Source: Camelus ferus
Taxonomy: Eukaryota
DNA: 64,000 nt
Assembly (NCBI RefSeq): GCF_009834535.1
Contig: NC_045696.1
Coordinates: 35,032,001 to 35,096,000, forward strand
Reading direction: 5' to 3'
Under the pieces are notes generated by a model. The model had not been told where the DNA came from, searched no databases, and worked only from the letters and a program-made list of their open reading frames with translations. Below, piece by piece: positions 13,376 through 25,289 of this stretch (within the stretch, counting starts at the first letter, position 1; each line of letters opens with the position of its first letter). The position numbers and the translations under genes are program-made.

Positions 13376-13759
13376 CTGCAAGAAAAAGCCCACAGTGAGT
13401 ATAGATCAATCATTCCTTAAAATCTAAATGCTCAAAGAGGAAAGATAAATGTGAAAAAAGCACATATTATTTTGGAAACCATCTCAAGGATAATAAATAA
13501 TTTAAGACAGTACATTATGTGAACTTATCTTGAGAGTAGCCATTTTTCTGCTTTATCTTGTACCCAAATATTGCTCTGGATACTGGTAACAAGCAAAACC
13601 GCATCATAAAGTCCTCACCCTCCACCAAAGACCTCTGCTGTTAAGCCTTTGCTGAACTATGACCTTGGGTCACCTCACCTGCTGTGGATCAGTATTTTCA
13701 GTGCAAGCAGCCTTGTTTATTACAAGAAACAAAAGATACAGAAATTACACTGAGCATAT

Positions 13760-13960
13760 GTCAATGTATTATTCCTTTTCTTATAACATCAATATTCTGA
13801 TGTATTTATATTTATATATTTATTATGCTAAATATAGAAAATATTTTAATTATATACTAAATAATGTAGTTAATACATTCATGTATTTAATTATATCAAC
13901 TAGAACATATTTTATATATTTAATCTCTATCTTTTATATGTTTAATATCTATTTTGAGAG
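13760..13960. repeat. AT-rich low-complexity tract
   Basis: Almost pure A/T degenerate (TA)n-like sequence; explains the Y/I/F-rich ORF 13659..14012. Confidence 0.8.
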
Positions 13961-14994
13961 GTTCACTATTTTTCCTTTCAGCCTTAGGCGTAAGAAAAGA
14001 CAGAGAGTTTGAAAGCATTTTATTTATACTAGGGTATTAAAAAAGAAATAAAATGTGACTCTAATGACTTTATAGTCAAATATTTAAGTTTCAGCCAAAC
14101 CACAAGGAAATTGGAGGAAATACGTTTAGGATTTTAAACATGTTATTAAGCTACTCTCAGTGTCCTGTTATATGTGTGTAAATACATAAATATACACATC
14201 CACACTGTTAATGTGCCCAAAAGTCTACTAAAATTTAGTGACAAAAGTATTTCAAAATATACATGCAAGTGACCTGGGTTGGCTCAAGGAAGCGGAGGAG
14301 CTTAGAAGACGATGTGATTGGGTTAAGGCAGCTATCACCTTAGTTTACCATCATCCTCTAACACGCTGTGCAGGGGACGAGCACAAGGTCGAGGACGCGG
14401 TGAGCAGCATCACTCATGCCTCCCTGGTTCATCCTGGGGGTGCACCAGGAATCCCGGGGGCTCAGGGCTGTGCTTGTTACGAGGAATCCATCAGGACGGA
14501 GGAATCTCAAACGAGAAGTTCACTTTACTAGCACAGAGGGAATTCTTGCTGTGCCAATGTTACATGCAGTCCCGTTTCACTCCTCGTGTGGATACCTGCC
14601 CTCTTGCAGGTTTTAGTGCAGCTGGCCTGGCTGTAGCTCATCCCGACGTAAGAACAAGCAGGATGTTATCTCCTTATCAAATATCGTATTTTTCTTAGAT
14701 TACTCTCTCCTACAGACTTGTCCCCTCTTTCTCCTTGGAGATATTGAAAAATTCTATATAAAATTTGAAAAAAAACTTAAATTTTTACCCTTAAAATACA
14801 ATTTATAATGAATCATTATTAGGATAGGCTGCCACTAAAATATTTTCTTTAATAGAAAGATGCTGCAATAGAAAGATGATTGTAAAACAAATTCTAAAAT
14901 ATATTCCTCAGCAGATTAGTCTCTGAAAGTTATTTCAATGGTGAAGATATTAAGAAAATACAAAATGCTGCTGTATATCTTACTTATAAAACTC

Positions 14995-16070
14995 AAGACT
15001 TCTGGCTTCTTCAGAGCTGTTAGCAAGCTAAAAAAAAAATCACTCTCATCCTTACAACAACAGAAGGCTGAGGCTGCAGGGCAACCAAATAACTCCAAAT
15101 CTATGAAAACACTTCCTCCACAGAATAAAGGAGCATGGGTACCTGCTTACCAAGTACCATACAAGTTGGTAAGAAGAAGTCAGCTAAAATTTTAACAAAT
15201 TGCTAAAGTCTGAGTGTGGACAAACATAAGAATCTAGAACCCCTAGGAGCTAAGCCAGATAATTCACAAGGTCAATTAACTGCCGCTCAGGGCTCTTTCC
15301 CATGGACCTCACTGGGTGCTCGTAAGAAACATCTGGACAACACAAGAGTCCCGAGAAAGCATCTCTCATGGTACAGGCATCCCTCCTGGGGACAAGAACA
15401 GAAGCTGCTGTGGGTAAAGCATAGAGCCCCACCTCAACCCACCCACCTTGCTCCCCTTGAGAACAAGAGCCCTGCCATGCTGGGGGAAAGGAAGCCAACA
15501 CTGGCACTGGGGGAAGACCAGTGCAGCTGGGGAGAGGGAGCAGAAAGCATCCTCTCTGGGGGTTGGGGGTGGGGGGTTATGGATACACCCTGGACCTAGA
15601 CAATTAAAGGCTGGGAAAGGAAAAATCACTGAGAATTCTTCACCCTAGAAATGCAGAGACCATTCCTGCTCAAGACTGAGGCCAAATCAGATCAACAGAA
15701 ATTGCCTCTCCCCTGCACCCACCGTGAGGCCAGTAAGCAGTAAATAATAAGTAACCACAGTCTAGTTTGAGGAGCGGGACAAGAGAGAGGAGACACAATT
15801 CCAAGTAAGGATCTGACACTGAGTGTGGAGCAAACATTGACCAAAATCCTCTGGTAACATAGTTCCCATCCAAAATATAAGTTAAACTAGAGAAATCTGA
15901 ATCCTGTGGTGCACTGAAGGCTAACATAATAATAATAATACAATCTGAACTCGTTCCAGTTCCTGGCTAGATTGACACAAACCCCACACTAAAGTCCTGG
16001 CAGAAGAACAAGCATGCCCATTTCCAGCCATAAAGTTATTTCCTTCTGTGTCTATTGTTTTACACAAAAA
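14995..16070 (+). mobile_element. Old L1 (L1MC/L1MD-like) 5' region
   Basis: Starts gacttctggcttc..tcactctcatccttacaacaa; GC-richer UTR with G-runs; ends aaaccccacactaaag..gcagaagaacaagcatgcccatttccag, typical of L1M 5' ends. Confidence 0.7.
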
Positions 16071-16380
16071 TGTGAGTGAATCTCAAATGCTTTATGCCAA
16101 GTGAAAGAATCTAGATGTAAAAGGCTAGATAATGTATGATTCCATTTACATCATGTCTGGAAAAGGCAACAGTATAGGGAAGGAGAGTAGATCAACGTTT
16201 GCTAGAGCCTGAAGTTGGGGGAGAGGTTAATTCGAAAAGGATATGGGTTAATTTGTTATATATCTCGATTACATTGTTTGTTTCACAACTGTATATATTT
16301 ATCAAAACTTGCAGAATTGGATGCTAAAAAGGGTGAGTTTTACTGTTTGGATATTATAATCTAAATGAATAAAAATAAAT
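16070..16380 (+). mobile_element. L1MD/ME-type 3' UTR with poly(A) signal remnant
   Basis: gaatctcaaatgctttatgccaagtgaaagaa..tgtatgattccatttacat..ggaaaaggcaa..tttatcaaaact..aaaaagggtgagttttactgt..aataaaaataaa. Confidence 0.85.
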
Positions 16381-17420
16381 TAATCATGATACATCATAGA
16401 CTTAAGAACAGAGTTTTGCTTTAAGAAATGGAAATATTATAGTAAACATACATGTAATTTATAGATAGATCTCGATTTCAAAATGTCAAAATGAAAAGTA
16501 CATCTTGGAAATGAAGATGTACTGAGACTTTTCCATTTTGGAGAATCACAAAGCACATTAGTGTGTTATAGACTTGATTGTTTTGAATAATGAAAATCTA
16601 AAGAATCTTTGTGTGTGCACAAGTCTTAATTAAAGCAATATCTTTTCTGTGGAACACACACTAAGAAAAGATATCTTACAAGTTCTAGAACCTTGAAGAA
16701 TTTACTGCTGTGTATTAGCTAAAAAGCATTTTTCAAAGGAGCCATTTTAGAGAAGTAAAACTTATTCATATAATTTGTCACTAAAGAAAACCAATATGAG
16801 TCTCCATTTCTCCATTCCTTCAATGGGTAGTTGAGTTAATTGACCAGTAGAAGGTTATTCTCTCATCAATACTACAATAGCTATGTGAAAATTGCTCCCC
16901 ACTGAAAAAAACAAAAACAAAAACAAAAGCCCTGTAGCCATATCTCAAGAAGTTGTACTAATAAAAGACTGAGTTGGAAGTCACCCATGATCAATGCCAA
17001 GCTGTGCTGGCTATGCAAATCATGAGATCCGCTGAAAAAGAAAATGAGGGGGCCCCCGTCAAAAAGCAGATTAAAAAGTGTCATTTAAAGTACTAAACTA
17101 TAAAACTGATTTCTTTTTTCCATAGTCCTCTCTCTCTCATCATGGTATTTTTTATTTGCTAGTTAATGTCTTCTTCTTCTGCACTGATATTCTCTTGGTG
17201 AGTGTGGACCCTCATGTATCTCCCTGGGCTCCGACTCCTGATCCCACATGTGTATTCATGTACTAAGATTTCCCCACAGAGGCTGGGCCACCCTCAAGGA
17301 ATTGCAACTTTTGTGCCAGGACGCCTTGGTACCCAGTTTGAGAACGAGCAAGTCGCCTGTTCAACGTGCCATCCCGGGTTGGGATGCTGCTAACCCCGGG
17401 TGGGGATGGCCACACTGTGC

Positions 17421-17434
17421 CCACTAGGGGGACT
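17421..17434 (+). promoter_or_regulatory. CTCF-like motif
   Basis: CCACTAGGGGGACT versus core CCASYAGRKGGCRS; first 11 positions match. Confidence 0.45.
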
Positions 17435-17479
17435 CACACCCAACTTATACTGTAGCCTCCTGCATTGTTCAACAGATTC

Positions 17480-17598
17480 CTGTGCTCATTCATGGAGATT
17501 CTGGTTCACCAAGTCTTTCCTGGGGCCCAGAAATCTGCACGTTTAGGAAACTCTACGGATGGTTTTGACATGCAGCCACATTTAGGAGTAAGACACTA
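17480..17598 (+). mobile_element. MER5-family (hAT-Charlie) MITE fragment
   Basis: gagattctggttca..ctggggcccagaaatctgcacgttta..gatggttttgacatgcagcca..tttaggag. Confidence 0.7.
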
Positions 17599-18451
17599 CT
17601 TATGAATCTGAGGACTAGAGGCTAGTACAAGGGCTGGTTTGGAGAAGGTCTGATTTTTCACATTACATTAAATTGGCACCTGAGATGAGGGTATTTTCTG
17701 ATTCTTTTTTTAGAAGCAGAATTCAGCTGAGGTCAGCCATTTAAAAAATATAAAAACACCTTACTTCTTATAAGAGACTTACATTTGGAACAAGGGAATA
17801 AGGGAGTAATTCAGAATTTATTGTCAGGGGTGTACCTTTAAGATGAAATCACATAAAAGCTCATTAGGAACAAAGTAATCTCATGAAAGAGAACTGTTTG
17901 CAAACTTTTACTCTATAACATGGAAGAAGCAGATGGGTCTGTTTACTTGAACTGTTCAAAATAACTTTACATGTTGTTATATCTATATGAAACCAGATTA
18001 TTTCCAATGTAACCAAAGAAGCAAAACATTGAAAATTTTCACACACTCCTGTTCTAATTATTTCAGCATCATCTGTAGATAAACAGTTTTATAACTTAAA
18101 AAATGAAAAAAATTAAATGTTCAAATACTTTTGACAGAGAAAACAATTTCTTAAGTTTTAAAATGTATTTGAAGACAATTAAAATTGTGACAACCTATTA
18201 AATTAGTGCTAAGTAACTTGTATACACATATAAATAACATAGTTTTTTCACCAGTCTCTACTTCAACTTTTCTCTCACACAGGTCTCAGGGGCATATATC
18301 TAAATAAAAAGGTGATCTTGTGACTACCTTACTATAAATTGTTCAATGGCTTTCTAAAATTTTCAACAGAATTGTCAATTGTTTAGCATGACATAAAGGG
18401 AGTTTAATATTTCACTGTTTCATTTCCCCTTATCTCCTTCATCATCCAGTT

Positions 18452-18786
18452 TGTAAAAAAATAATAAATAGAAACTTCAGCTAAATAGATTTGGGAGACC
18501 TGAAGCGGGAGCACTCATGCCCTGTTACCAGAGCAGAGCCCAACAGGGAGAGTCAAGACTCCTCTTCTTTCCTGGCAAGGTCTCAACCAGTGAAAAGCCA
18601 CAAACACTGCTATGGCCCTCCCCACTTCCTTTCCCTCTCTGTAAAAGCCTTTCTCCTCCTGCTGTGAGAGGACTTGCATGTGGCTTGCCATGGTGGCAGA
18701 CCCCAAACTGCAATTCTCTGCTGGATCCTAAATAAACCCAGCTTTGCTGGAGAAGTATCTGGCAGTCTTTTTGTTTTAAGTCAACA
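18452..18786 (+). mobile_element. ERV1-class solo LTR (MER41/LTR39-like, cetartiodactyl type)
   Basis: TG..CA termini (tgtaaaa..gtcaaca), TATA-like tgtaaaag ~18640, AATAAA 18731-18736, 4-bp flanks agtt/aggt (TSD with one mismatch); interrupts an L2-like fragment. Confidence 0.8.
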
Positions 18787-19004
18787 AGGTTTTTATGCTT
18801 TTCAAACTTGCTGGACTGTTTGCTTTCATATAAGTTGTTCTGTGACTTCATCACTAGATAAATGCTTCTTTGTTGTTTGAGGATGGGCTTAAATATTACT
18901 TCTTTGGGAGAGTCTTCTCTGGCCTGTTATAGACCTCATTAGAGGATTCTTCAAAAAAAAAAAAAAAAGAAAAAGAAAAAATGAGACCACGAAAAGGGAC
19001 AATG

Positions 19005-19190
19005 ATAGTGGAACAGTAGAAAGAACTTGGGATGGGTGTTTGGAACACTTTTTATAATCCTGGTTTTTGTGACTGTCTTTTCTGTGATCTTCAAAGTGCC
19101 ACTCTTCCTCTCCATCTTGGTTACATCATTGATGAAATGAGGAAGCTAGACCAGATGGCCTGTAAAGTACATTCTAATTCTTATGGCTAT
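19005..19190 (+). mobile_element. MIR3/MIRc SINE
   Basis: gtagaaagaacttgg..tgtgatcttc..gatgaaatgaggaagctagaccagatggcctgtaaagtacattctaattct. Confidence 0.7.
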
Positions 19191-19229
19191 CTGCTTCTAC
19201 AAAGTTAAGAATGAGGAGAAAAAAAAAAT

Positions 19230-19940
19230 GAAGATGGACATGGAATAAGATTGCAAAACACTTCTCAGACTTTGGCCTTTCTCAAGAGACTAGAGATGGA
19301 GAAAAGGTAAAGATATGTACAAGGAGTGAGGCTGTGTCGGAAAAAACTGCTGAGAAATTGGAAGCTGTCCAAATAGGAGTATTCCTAGCCTCTCTCATCA
19401 CAAAATGTTTATAATCTGAAAAAACAAGAGGAAGGAATGGCAGCAGGTATCAGATGGTCTTGAGAGTGAAGGGTAGCGGAGACAGAAAAAATTGGAGATG
19501 ACTTCAACAGCTGCAGTGTGTTCATTTATCAAGAACTTTCTGAGCATCTACCAAGTAGGACTTTCTGTTCCAGGCAAAGGGGCTACAACAGTGAAGAGAA
19601 CAGACAAGTCAACCTTGAACACTCCCCTTACAGAGCATCATTAAGATTGGCAAATGGTAGTATTGGTTAAAAAGCATGCATTTCTGGAAGGCCCAATTGG
19701 CCAGGATTATAATTATAATTCAACAATGCTTAGTAGCTGGCTACCAGGGAAGAAGAGGCCAGTGGTGCTTCGTAAGGATTTGGTGAAGACACCTTCAGTT
19801 CAGAGATGAGGCATCCTAGGATGGTCATGAATTTTGTTTGAAATAGAGTCCTAATTACTTGGAAAGACAAATGAAGTCTGAATATAAGAAGTCATTCCAA
19901 CTGGGGTCAAGATGAGAGGGAAGAGTGAATATTTTCTAGT
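19230..19940 (-). mobile_element. L2 fragments (including a nested L2 3' end at ~19520-19640)
   Basis: ttcatttatcaagaactttctgagcatctacca..ggggctacaacagtgaagagaacagacaa is an antisense L2 tail; flanks are purine-rich L2-like sequence. Confidence 0.6.
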
Positions 19941-20909
19941 TATGATGCTCAGTTTGCAAATGATACAAATTTATGATTTTAAGCAAGCTAAGCATAACAA
20001 AAATACATGATGCAGAAGGCAAGAAGCCAGCACTCAAAAAGCAATGATATTATGGCTAAATGAAAATTATTAACTCCAGTTGTACACTTGATTACCCTTG
20101 AGCAATTTCAATCGATTTGGGTAAGACTCACATATGAGGAAATCTGAGATTTTATCCTGCATTTTTGGCTCAGTTTGTAGTCCTCACACAGACACTAAAG
20201 TGCAAGTCCAGGAATTAGATAACATTGTACGTGCTAGTTCTCGAGCTGTTGGTTTCTTTATATTTATAAAGAATTCTAAATGACAGTTTATTGAGAAAAA
20301 CAAAGAAAAGTGAATTTGGAAATATAGTAGAAGTGTGCTAACTTAAAAACTAGTAGATGAAGAAATATCTCTAAACATTAAATCTCTTGACTATCAGTTG
20401 TTAAGCCATTTGACCTTTTTACATAATTTTGAGAAAAATCAAGTGCAACAAAGCTCCCGGGATTCATCAGTGCATTTAAATGCATGAGTTGACAACTTTG
20501 TATGAATTAGTTATTGGATTTTATCCTGAGAGATGGATATTGTCAGGTCACCTAAAACAATGATGATTCACTAGGAGGAAAAGAAAGACAAAAGCAACAA
20601 TATAACACTTGATCCGTTTTTGCAAAAGGAAATTACTTTTCGTGAAGCCTGACTCAATTATAATACAAAAAAAAAATACCAATGCCATATCCTTTTCACT
20701 TATCTAAAAAAAAATCAATTTACTGTATATTTGTGATTTTATAAATTCTGACTAAAAGTAATTCTCATTCTTCTCATTTTCTTTAAAAGTGTAACCAGAT
20801 ATCAAGCTGAAGCATCAGCCACTTGGTTAAAACTAGGCCAAGTGTTACGATCCACAGGAAGTAATTTGATCATTCCTCCTGAAATGACGGCAGATTTTAA
20901 TGTATGCAG

Positions 20910-20930
20910 GACAGCACTGTGGACAGGATA
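20910..20930 (+). promoter_or_regulatory. RE1/NRSE (REST)-like element
   Basis: gaCAGCACtgtGGACAGgata versus TTCAGCACCACGGACAGCGCC; both hexamer cores intact at canonical spacing, flanks divergent. Confidence 0.4.
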
Positions 20931-21445
20931 TCCTGTACATGTGTATAAATCTTTGCTTTTGTGGAAGCTGGAAAAATGGAGGCAACATCTAATTAGTCCT
21001 GACCAGAGTGACTGGTGTACATGATTTGGCATCCAGGCCTGCGTTTGGCTTCATCCAACACCTGAATTGAGTGCACAGCATCTCCTTATGGCAGTGAATC
21101 CTGTTGCAACAAAAGTTGTACTTCTGAAAAAGATGAAATTATTTTGGGTTGCACATGATTTCTTAAAGATATTTTGCTAGTAAATTCAATTTTATTCTTA
21201 AGGCTATTAAAGATGAAAATAAAATATCTAAAAAATGTGTATCTGTATTTACATACAGCACCTATTTATTAATATCAGTTCTTTACTCCAATGTTAAAAA
21301 TGTATTTTGATGGTCTGATTATTTCAGGAACTTCCACATACCTGCCTGTGCTCCGTATCACGGCCTGGGGATGAGGAAGCCCTGCGTTGTGCAGCTGCAG
21401 ATTAATTCTTGGACAGATTTTTCTGCTTCACTACCTCTTTTGTAG

Positions 21446-21529
21446 GTGCCAAAAATAATTGCTGATTGTGCCAAGTTGTGTCTTTATCACCTGTCAAAGC
21501 TCTTGGTGCACTGTCATGTGGCATCTAAG
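21446..21529 (+). other. Candidate cassette exon (84 nt) in a repeat-free block
   Basis: tttttctgcttcactacctcttttgtAG|GTGCC...TCTAAG|GTAAGT; phase-0 frame open (VPKIIADCAKLCLYHLSKLLVHCHVASK, not recognised), other frames closed. Confidence 0.5.
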
Positions 21530-24149
21530 GTAAGTATGCATTTATTCTTGCATTTTTTTTCTAATTGCAGTCTATTTATGCAGCTTTTCTTTCCTTCATT
21601 GGCCTTTGTCATCTGTTGTATGAGATGAGATTTAAGTCCATGTGATGTTTCTATGTTGTAATTTGCTTTTCCAAATGTGGCGACTTTTTAAAGTCATCTA
21701 AAAATGTGAACTCAGAAAATGAATCTACTTTATTTTCACTGCCACTTAGCTGTCTTTTGCTTTTCAAGCACATCAAACCACAACCAAAACAAAGAATAAA
21801 GATGAGAGAAAGACTGAATTCTGAACCAGTTCCAGGGTGTTTTCTGCCCAAAGCTCCAAGAGACAATGTTGAAAACGCCTGTAATTCACATGCTGGAAGG
21901 GTTCTGCCTCAATGCAACTGGTAAATATTAAGTATATGCTTTTGTGGATTAAATCTTAGCTCTTGTTCCAACGTGACTTAACAGTCACTTGGATTGGCTT
22001 ACTCGTTTGTGAAAATATCTAAATAAAACAGCACTATATGCAAGGATTAAAAACCTCAGAATCAGCTGTATTTTTCTTAGTGTCAGATTTAAAGAAGCTT
22101 TATTTGCACTTTATATTTGCAGATGTCATGAAAAGGTGTAAGTATATTTTATACTAAAATTTTATAGAAATACATCAGCTTTTTGCAATTATTTTCTGTC
22201 TCCACATTACCACAGGTATAATACATGCTGTGGCATCCCAGTCTTCCTATATTGTGGCACATGAGTGTGAGAATTCTGAAGTGAAAATCACTTTTTTACA
22301 ATAAATGATAGTAACATATATAAGTCATTTGGATTATGCAATTCAAACAGGGATAAAAACAAATAATACACTTACTTAAGCTTCTGCTCTTTTTTCAGGT
22401 CATTAACTTTTAATTATCCAAGATGTTCAGTCACTATAAAGGAATTAAACATGTACTATATTTGGGTGATTGGTAATTTCAAAAGTGTTCTTCTGTATTA
22501 AAAGTCAGTAGGTGAGATGAGATACCGTCTTTTTTTATACACTTTTATAAAGGGGACTTTTTTCTGTTATATATGATGAAAGAAAATATTGATAATATTG
22601 TTTTTGCTTCTATTTACAAATGTGTCAAATTGATCTACTTTTTTTTTTTTATGAAGAATAGATTTTAAGTATTGCAACCTATGACTGAAATAGCTCGGCA
22701 GTCACTCGAAAGGTAGTTTTCTGTTAGAAATGATGAAGCAGAATTGGTACCCATGCTTACCTGGTTTTGATGATACATTTGGAGGGTTTTCTCTACTCAC
22801 AGTGTGGAACAATGACAGGAGTAGAAGACATACACAAGGTCCTACGAGAGGACTGTTCGAGAAGGCACATGGACCAGGGAGGGATCTCACGTACACCAGG
22901 ATGTGCCGAAGGCAGGGACATACACCGAAGGCATTTGCTACACTTACTGAGATTAGAATCATGGACTATGAACTACAAAAGTATGAAAAAATACTGCTTT
23001 TAAAAACAAAAGGTATACATATATGTATATGCATATATATACATATACACATATTTGTGCACACCCACACAGATACGCGGTTTTGTAAGTCGTTATCATT
23101 TTTATATGTAGTATTGATCAAAATGCTTTTCCCCCTCTTTGTTTCCATTGGATCTATTTGAAGCACTTCCATTGCATTTCATAGATTTGTGCTGGTTTTC
23201 CATTTGGAAAAGAGAAGAATGGGAGACAAATCCAAATCTGGGAGATGTTCTCCAAGGCATCTAGCTCCAGGCTCTGCATTGGTCTCTTTCATTTGTCACT
23301 GTCACCTTGGGGGACGGGAAAGCCTTCACGGTCTCCTTCCTGCCCTTGAGCCCACAGGTTGTTTTAAGGCTTGGACACTAAAACATTTTTTACGTTCAGG
23401 TTTGTGGTTTCTTTGGAAATAAAACTCCCTCAAAACTAGGAGATCTTGACGTTATTTCCTGCCATCCAGTTTCATGTGCCAGTAATCACATCCAAGTGTT
23501 TTCTAGACGTACAGTTCTCAACTATGATTTCTTTCTTCTATTCTCATTTCTTTCTTTCACTCCTCACTTTCTTCCCCTCTACCCTTCTTTCCTCCTTTAT
23601 AATAACAGACAATTAGAGGTTTTTGGGAAAAGGAGTCTTGAATGGGAAGGTAACACCCTTAATCCGATCATCTGATCTTTGCTACAAGACTGAGTACTTG
23701 GCTCAATTGAGAAATCTCACTGGGCCTGTGGCACTCAAATTATTTTTAGTTTCATCCATTTTTGACCTTGAGCATCTACGAAGCCCTTGATCTCACCATG
23801 AGAGCTAGCCAGTCATTGTCTGAGCTCATCTCTATTTTGTAATACCTTGTTAGAGGCAGCTAAGAGCAAATACACATATTCTGACTCTTTCCAGCAACTT
23901 CCTCTGAAATCCCAGGTCTGGTTGTCACATGGTCTTACTTGCAAGGTACCTCAGGCCTCCACTTTATGTGCTTCCCACAGCAGAGCCAGGGTCCCTAGCC
24001 GAGGGCTTGCTGCATCTGTGTCCTCACCACCTGCTGCTAACACATTAAGTCAATTGTATGCATTTAGGGTTTCGAGTACTGATTTTTTTTTTTATGGTTG
24101 CTAATACTAGTTGGTAAAATGTCAGCTCAGATGTTTCAGTGAATTGGTA

Positions 24150-24475
24150 AAATGGAAGTTAATTGTCACGCATATAGTGTTCATTTGATGGCACAAAGGG
24201 GCTAGGGGTGTTTTTTCACACGGTTGCTTAGTGACTCAGGCTCCTCCATCTCCTGGAATCTCAGTCTTTTGCTGGATCCTCTGCATCTGGCTGACAGATG
24301 GGGAAGTAGGTAAAGAAAATACATGGGGGAGTTTTATGACCCAAACCTAGAAATGATACATACTAAAAATGTTTGCCCATTTCTGTTGGCCAAAACGCAG
24401 GCTATACTTCACTGCAAGAAAGCCTGTGTGTCCAAAGAAAGAACAAATTTTATGTACAGTTAGTAAGTTTCCACT
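24150..24475 (-). mobile_element. Old MLT1 (M/N-like) LTR
   Basis: cacacggttgcttagtgactcaggctcctccatct..gcccatttctgttggccaaaac..cactgcaagaaagcctgtgtgtccaaagaa..gtttccactgca. Confidence 0.6.
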
Positions 24476-24635
24476 GCAAGTAAGAATTAACCCTCTATTT
24501 TTCTTTATTAGAGTTTGTATTATTTGAAAAACTCTATGTCATAGATTTATGATAAATTATTTTTCTTAAAAAGGCAACGTATTTCCTTGCCTTTACATTT
24601 ATTTTTCATCATAGCAGTTTCTTAATCACTTAAAG

Positions 24636-24840
24636 CAGAGGTCAGCAAATTATATGCCATGGGTTAGCTACCTGCTTTTGTAAATAAAGTTTTATTGCAT
24701 CATAGCCATTTCCATTTTTTCTTTTTTACTTTGTCTATGATTGCTTCTCAACTGTAACAGCAGTATTGAGTAGTTCCAGCAGAGACCTTATGGCTGGTAA
24801 GCCTTAAATATTTGCTTTAGGAAAAGCTTGCCCACTCCTG
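24636..24840 (+). mobile_element. MER58A (hAT-Charlie) MITE
   Basis: Terminal inverted repeats cagaggtcagcaaa / cttgcccactcctg; internal cctgcttttgtaaataaagttttattg and ttgagtagtt..cagagacc. Confidence 0.9.
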
Positions 24841-25289
24841 GGCAAAGCTTGATTTAGAGAATGCAAAATCAGGTTTGTATATATCTGCCTAGGACAGTGA
24901 ATGAATGGTGTTCTCGCCGTAAATGATCTCTTCATTGATCTCAAGCCAACCTCAATAATATTTTATGTAAGGAAGCAAATGATGATTTACTTTCTTTTTA
25001 ACTTGGCAACATCATTTTCAATACCTGAGCATCCGAGAATTAAATGCTTCATGTAGGAAATAGCATTTAATTATAAAATCAATGTGATTTTGGCAAACTC
25101 CCAGACAGGAACCTCATTTCTATATCTTTCCAGTTGATCAAGATGCAGTAAAGCAGAGAGACATTATCCAAATGTACATTACCAAACCTCAAAAGAGAAA
25201 TAATGATCAATTTTTGGGCAATGGAAACTCTAGAATATTTGCTGTATCAGGGAATGGTCAATGAATTAGGAGATTTTATGGTGGGCAGA

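Noticed and set aside
13659..14012. 117-aa ORF rich in Y/I/F
   Set aside because: Translation of an AT-rich low-complexity tract
15216..15648. Overlapping ORFs (up to 127 aa) in a GC-richer region
   Set aside because: They lie in the old L1 5' region, where higher GC lowers stop frequency; no ORF1 similarity seen
22730..23161. Longest ORF in the window (143 aa)
   Set aside because: Runs through a TA/CA microsatellite (IHICICIYIHIHI); no domain or splice support
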